A DNA stretch of 64,000 nucleotides from Anthoceros angustus. Taxonomy: Eukaryota > Plantae > Anthocerotophyta. The position numbers and the translations under genes were made by a program. This document shows positions 61,789 through 64,000 of the stretch, one piece after another. The stretch covers positions 486,602 through 550,601 of the forward strand of contig MU008197.1 of the NCBI GenBank assembly GCA_010909165.1. Reading direction: 5' to 3'. Position 1 is the first letter of the stretch; each line of letters begins with the position of its first letter. Under the pieces are notes generated by a model, which did no database searches, was not told where the DNA came from, and was given only the letters and a program-made list of their open reading frames with translations.

Positions 61789-64000
61789 GCTTTAGATTAA
61801 TTAATACTAATTACTTAAAGACAAGTCATTAGATTAATTAATGCTAATCAAACACTAAACCCAAGTGCAGAGTAGTGTCACACGATGACATCCCTTAAGT
61901 TCCCCATATTTGCCGGGCTTTGATTTCAAGCCCACGATGTTCCATCTACAGTGTCATAAATCTTACTACTACCACTCTCAATCGGCTCTATTTTTGGCCT
62001 CACCAATCAGACGTCCGAGATTATGTCCTCCTTTGCAACTTCTAATGCAACAAAGCTTGTCACCAACGGCCGGCCCGCTCCAACCCTTGCCCGCCCTTTA
62101 TCGCTCGAGCAAGTCACACTTGACTTCATAACCGGATTGCCTCGCAATGCCATCGGCTTTGATGCGTGTCGGTCTTCACGAATAAGCTTACTCATCATGC
62201 TCCTTGCCTCCACTACCGAGACATGCTCACCGAACAAACCGACTTATTCGAAAGTGGTTTATCGTGCCCATGGCCTCCCTCGCCTCTTGTGAGCGATCAT
62301 GATTCCAGTTTACGCCCCGCTCGCAAGCGGTTCACCGTGGTCTTGGCACCAAGCTCGTATGTTCATCGCCTTTTATCCTCGACGGATGGTGCTACTGAGC
62401 GAGCTAATCAAGTTTTAGAGGATATACTCGTGCTTATGCAGTGCACCAAACTTGGCTGGACTTTCTCCACCTCGTTGAGTTTGCCTACAACAATGCCCCT
62501 AACGCCTCAACCCGAGTTACTCCATTCTTGTTCAACAAAGGTTTTCACCCCGCACGTTGCTTCCTTGCCTTCCGCTGCTTGTGTCCTCGCCGCTTGTCGA
62601 TTTTCTCACCCAACGTGTCCAAATTTCGCAGAGGCTCGCTTTGCCCATGGAACCCAAACTGCCCAATCGCCAATCATCGCCGCTGCCCCTCAAGAATTTG
62701 CGCTGGTACCTATGTCTTGTCTCGCCTGAATTTATCCCTTCCGGGATTAAGATTTCCCTCGTTTTGTTGGTCCACCGTATCCTCCGCTGCATTGGCCCTG
62801 GGCCTATGAGCTTGCCCTTCCTCCCGAATCTCGTGATTCACCCCGCCTTCCAACACCGTAACCATGTTTTGATCCCGCACAATGACTCGCCGCACTCCGA
62901 GCTCGAGTATGCTCACATTGACCGATGCACTTCATCCTTCCACCGCTCGAACGACAATAGAATCTACCACCGCCTGCATATTTCAAAGCCCCTTGCACTC
63001 ACGATCGGAAAAAGTGGGCTCGGAACTCATCTTGCAGTTGCTCGCCGATCGCCATATCAAGATGATGATTTGCAAGTTGGTTTCAAAAGACATGGTACAC
63101 ATGGTACCACGTGATTCGTCGCCAGGACGATCGATGTTTGGAATTTGAGGAGCATGGAGTGAATGCCTTTTATCATGTAAAAAATGTTTCGCTCTCATTT
63201 CATCATGCGATGATCACCACCAACGTTAACGTTAACGTGAACGCTCATGGTGTGATGTTGCCGCTGCAAATGCGCCGGAAGGAAAGAAATGATGTTCGAT
63301 CGGCTCTTTAGTGAAAGCTTAATTTAATATTTAATTGTAGCTAGCTAGCCTACACAAGGCGATTGTCTGATGCTTTGAAGCATAGACCAATGTTGCAGCA
63401 GATTTGAAGGATGCAAACAGTTGAGAGGAGTCTCAATCGAAACAAGCTAACAGCCTAGGCATGTTCGTTGTTCTAATTATTTATCCTTGCTGTTGCTTCC
63501 ACCGCGAAATCCAGCCAAGGATCCTGCAGAAACACTGGTGCTCACAAAGCGTGGGTAGGAGGAAGCCACCTCAAACCGCAGCGCTTGTCGCATATCGACA
63601 CCCACCACCTTGCCCTCGTTATCGTGCATGAGATATACTGCCCCGCCACGACTCTCATATGAAAAGACATATGGTCGTCCGAACGGCCCGCGGGCGTAAT
63701 CTGAAGATGGAAGCGCATGGTGGCCATCACCGCCCGTGACATGCTCGCAAAATCTAGCTCCCACACTGCACTTCAAACATGGGCGGGCAACGAATCGCCA
63801 CCCTATGGCCACGCAAGAGCGTCTCGCATGTTGAAGTGTCCCTTGCATTTAAGAACTTGAATCTCGCACTAGGCTTGCAGAATCATATAGCTCCAATCGC
63901 CCCGCTGCATAAAGACGCCAAGAGATTGCAAACATGACATCCTCATGAGGCACGAGAGCACGCTGCCCACAAACACCTGCTTATATCGAAACAGCGTCAT
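61789..64000 (+). mobile_element. Copy C (inverted) of the F-box-carrying unit; runs off the right edge
   Basis: Reverse complement of ~33742-31560. Integrase remnant 61909-62870 (+; EQVTLDFITGLP, TDGATERANQVLED, LVEFAYNNA). F-box gene 3' part 64000-63477 (-; WELDFASMS, DDHMSFHMRVVAG). Confidence 0.9.

Overview
Eukaryotic nuclear DNA, most likely from a land plant. The roughly 50% GC content, short GT-AG introns and TE families suggest a bryophyte or lycophyte, but this is an inference. The first 6 kb holds two clean intron-containing genes on the minus strand: the 5' part of a receptor-like kinase and an 11-exon PWI+RRM RNA-binding protein. From about 6.5 to 57 kb there is a nested transposon island. 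It contains a tandemly duplicated foldback repeat, two Ty1/Copia LTR elements, Ty3/Gypsy remnants, two divergent copies of an uncharacterised retroelement accessory ORF, a degenerate CACTA transposase and a degenerate MULE transposase. A spliced Gfo/Idh/MocA oxidoreductase gene with reading-frame lesions lies at 57.8-60.0 kb. The most unusual feature is a repeat unit of about 3.7 kb, present three times, that joins a PBS-like site and a Gypsy integrase remnant to an antisense, apparently intronless F-box gene. It is a candidate non-autonomous LTR element that amplifies a captured host F-box gene. Beyond about 6.5 kb the sequence carries many small indels, often at CG sites and homopolymers, and there is one N at 29926. 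Many 'pseudogene' calls could therefore be long-read consensus errors. All homology calls come from motif recognition by eye; no searches were run.
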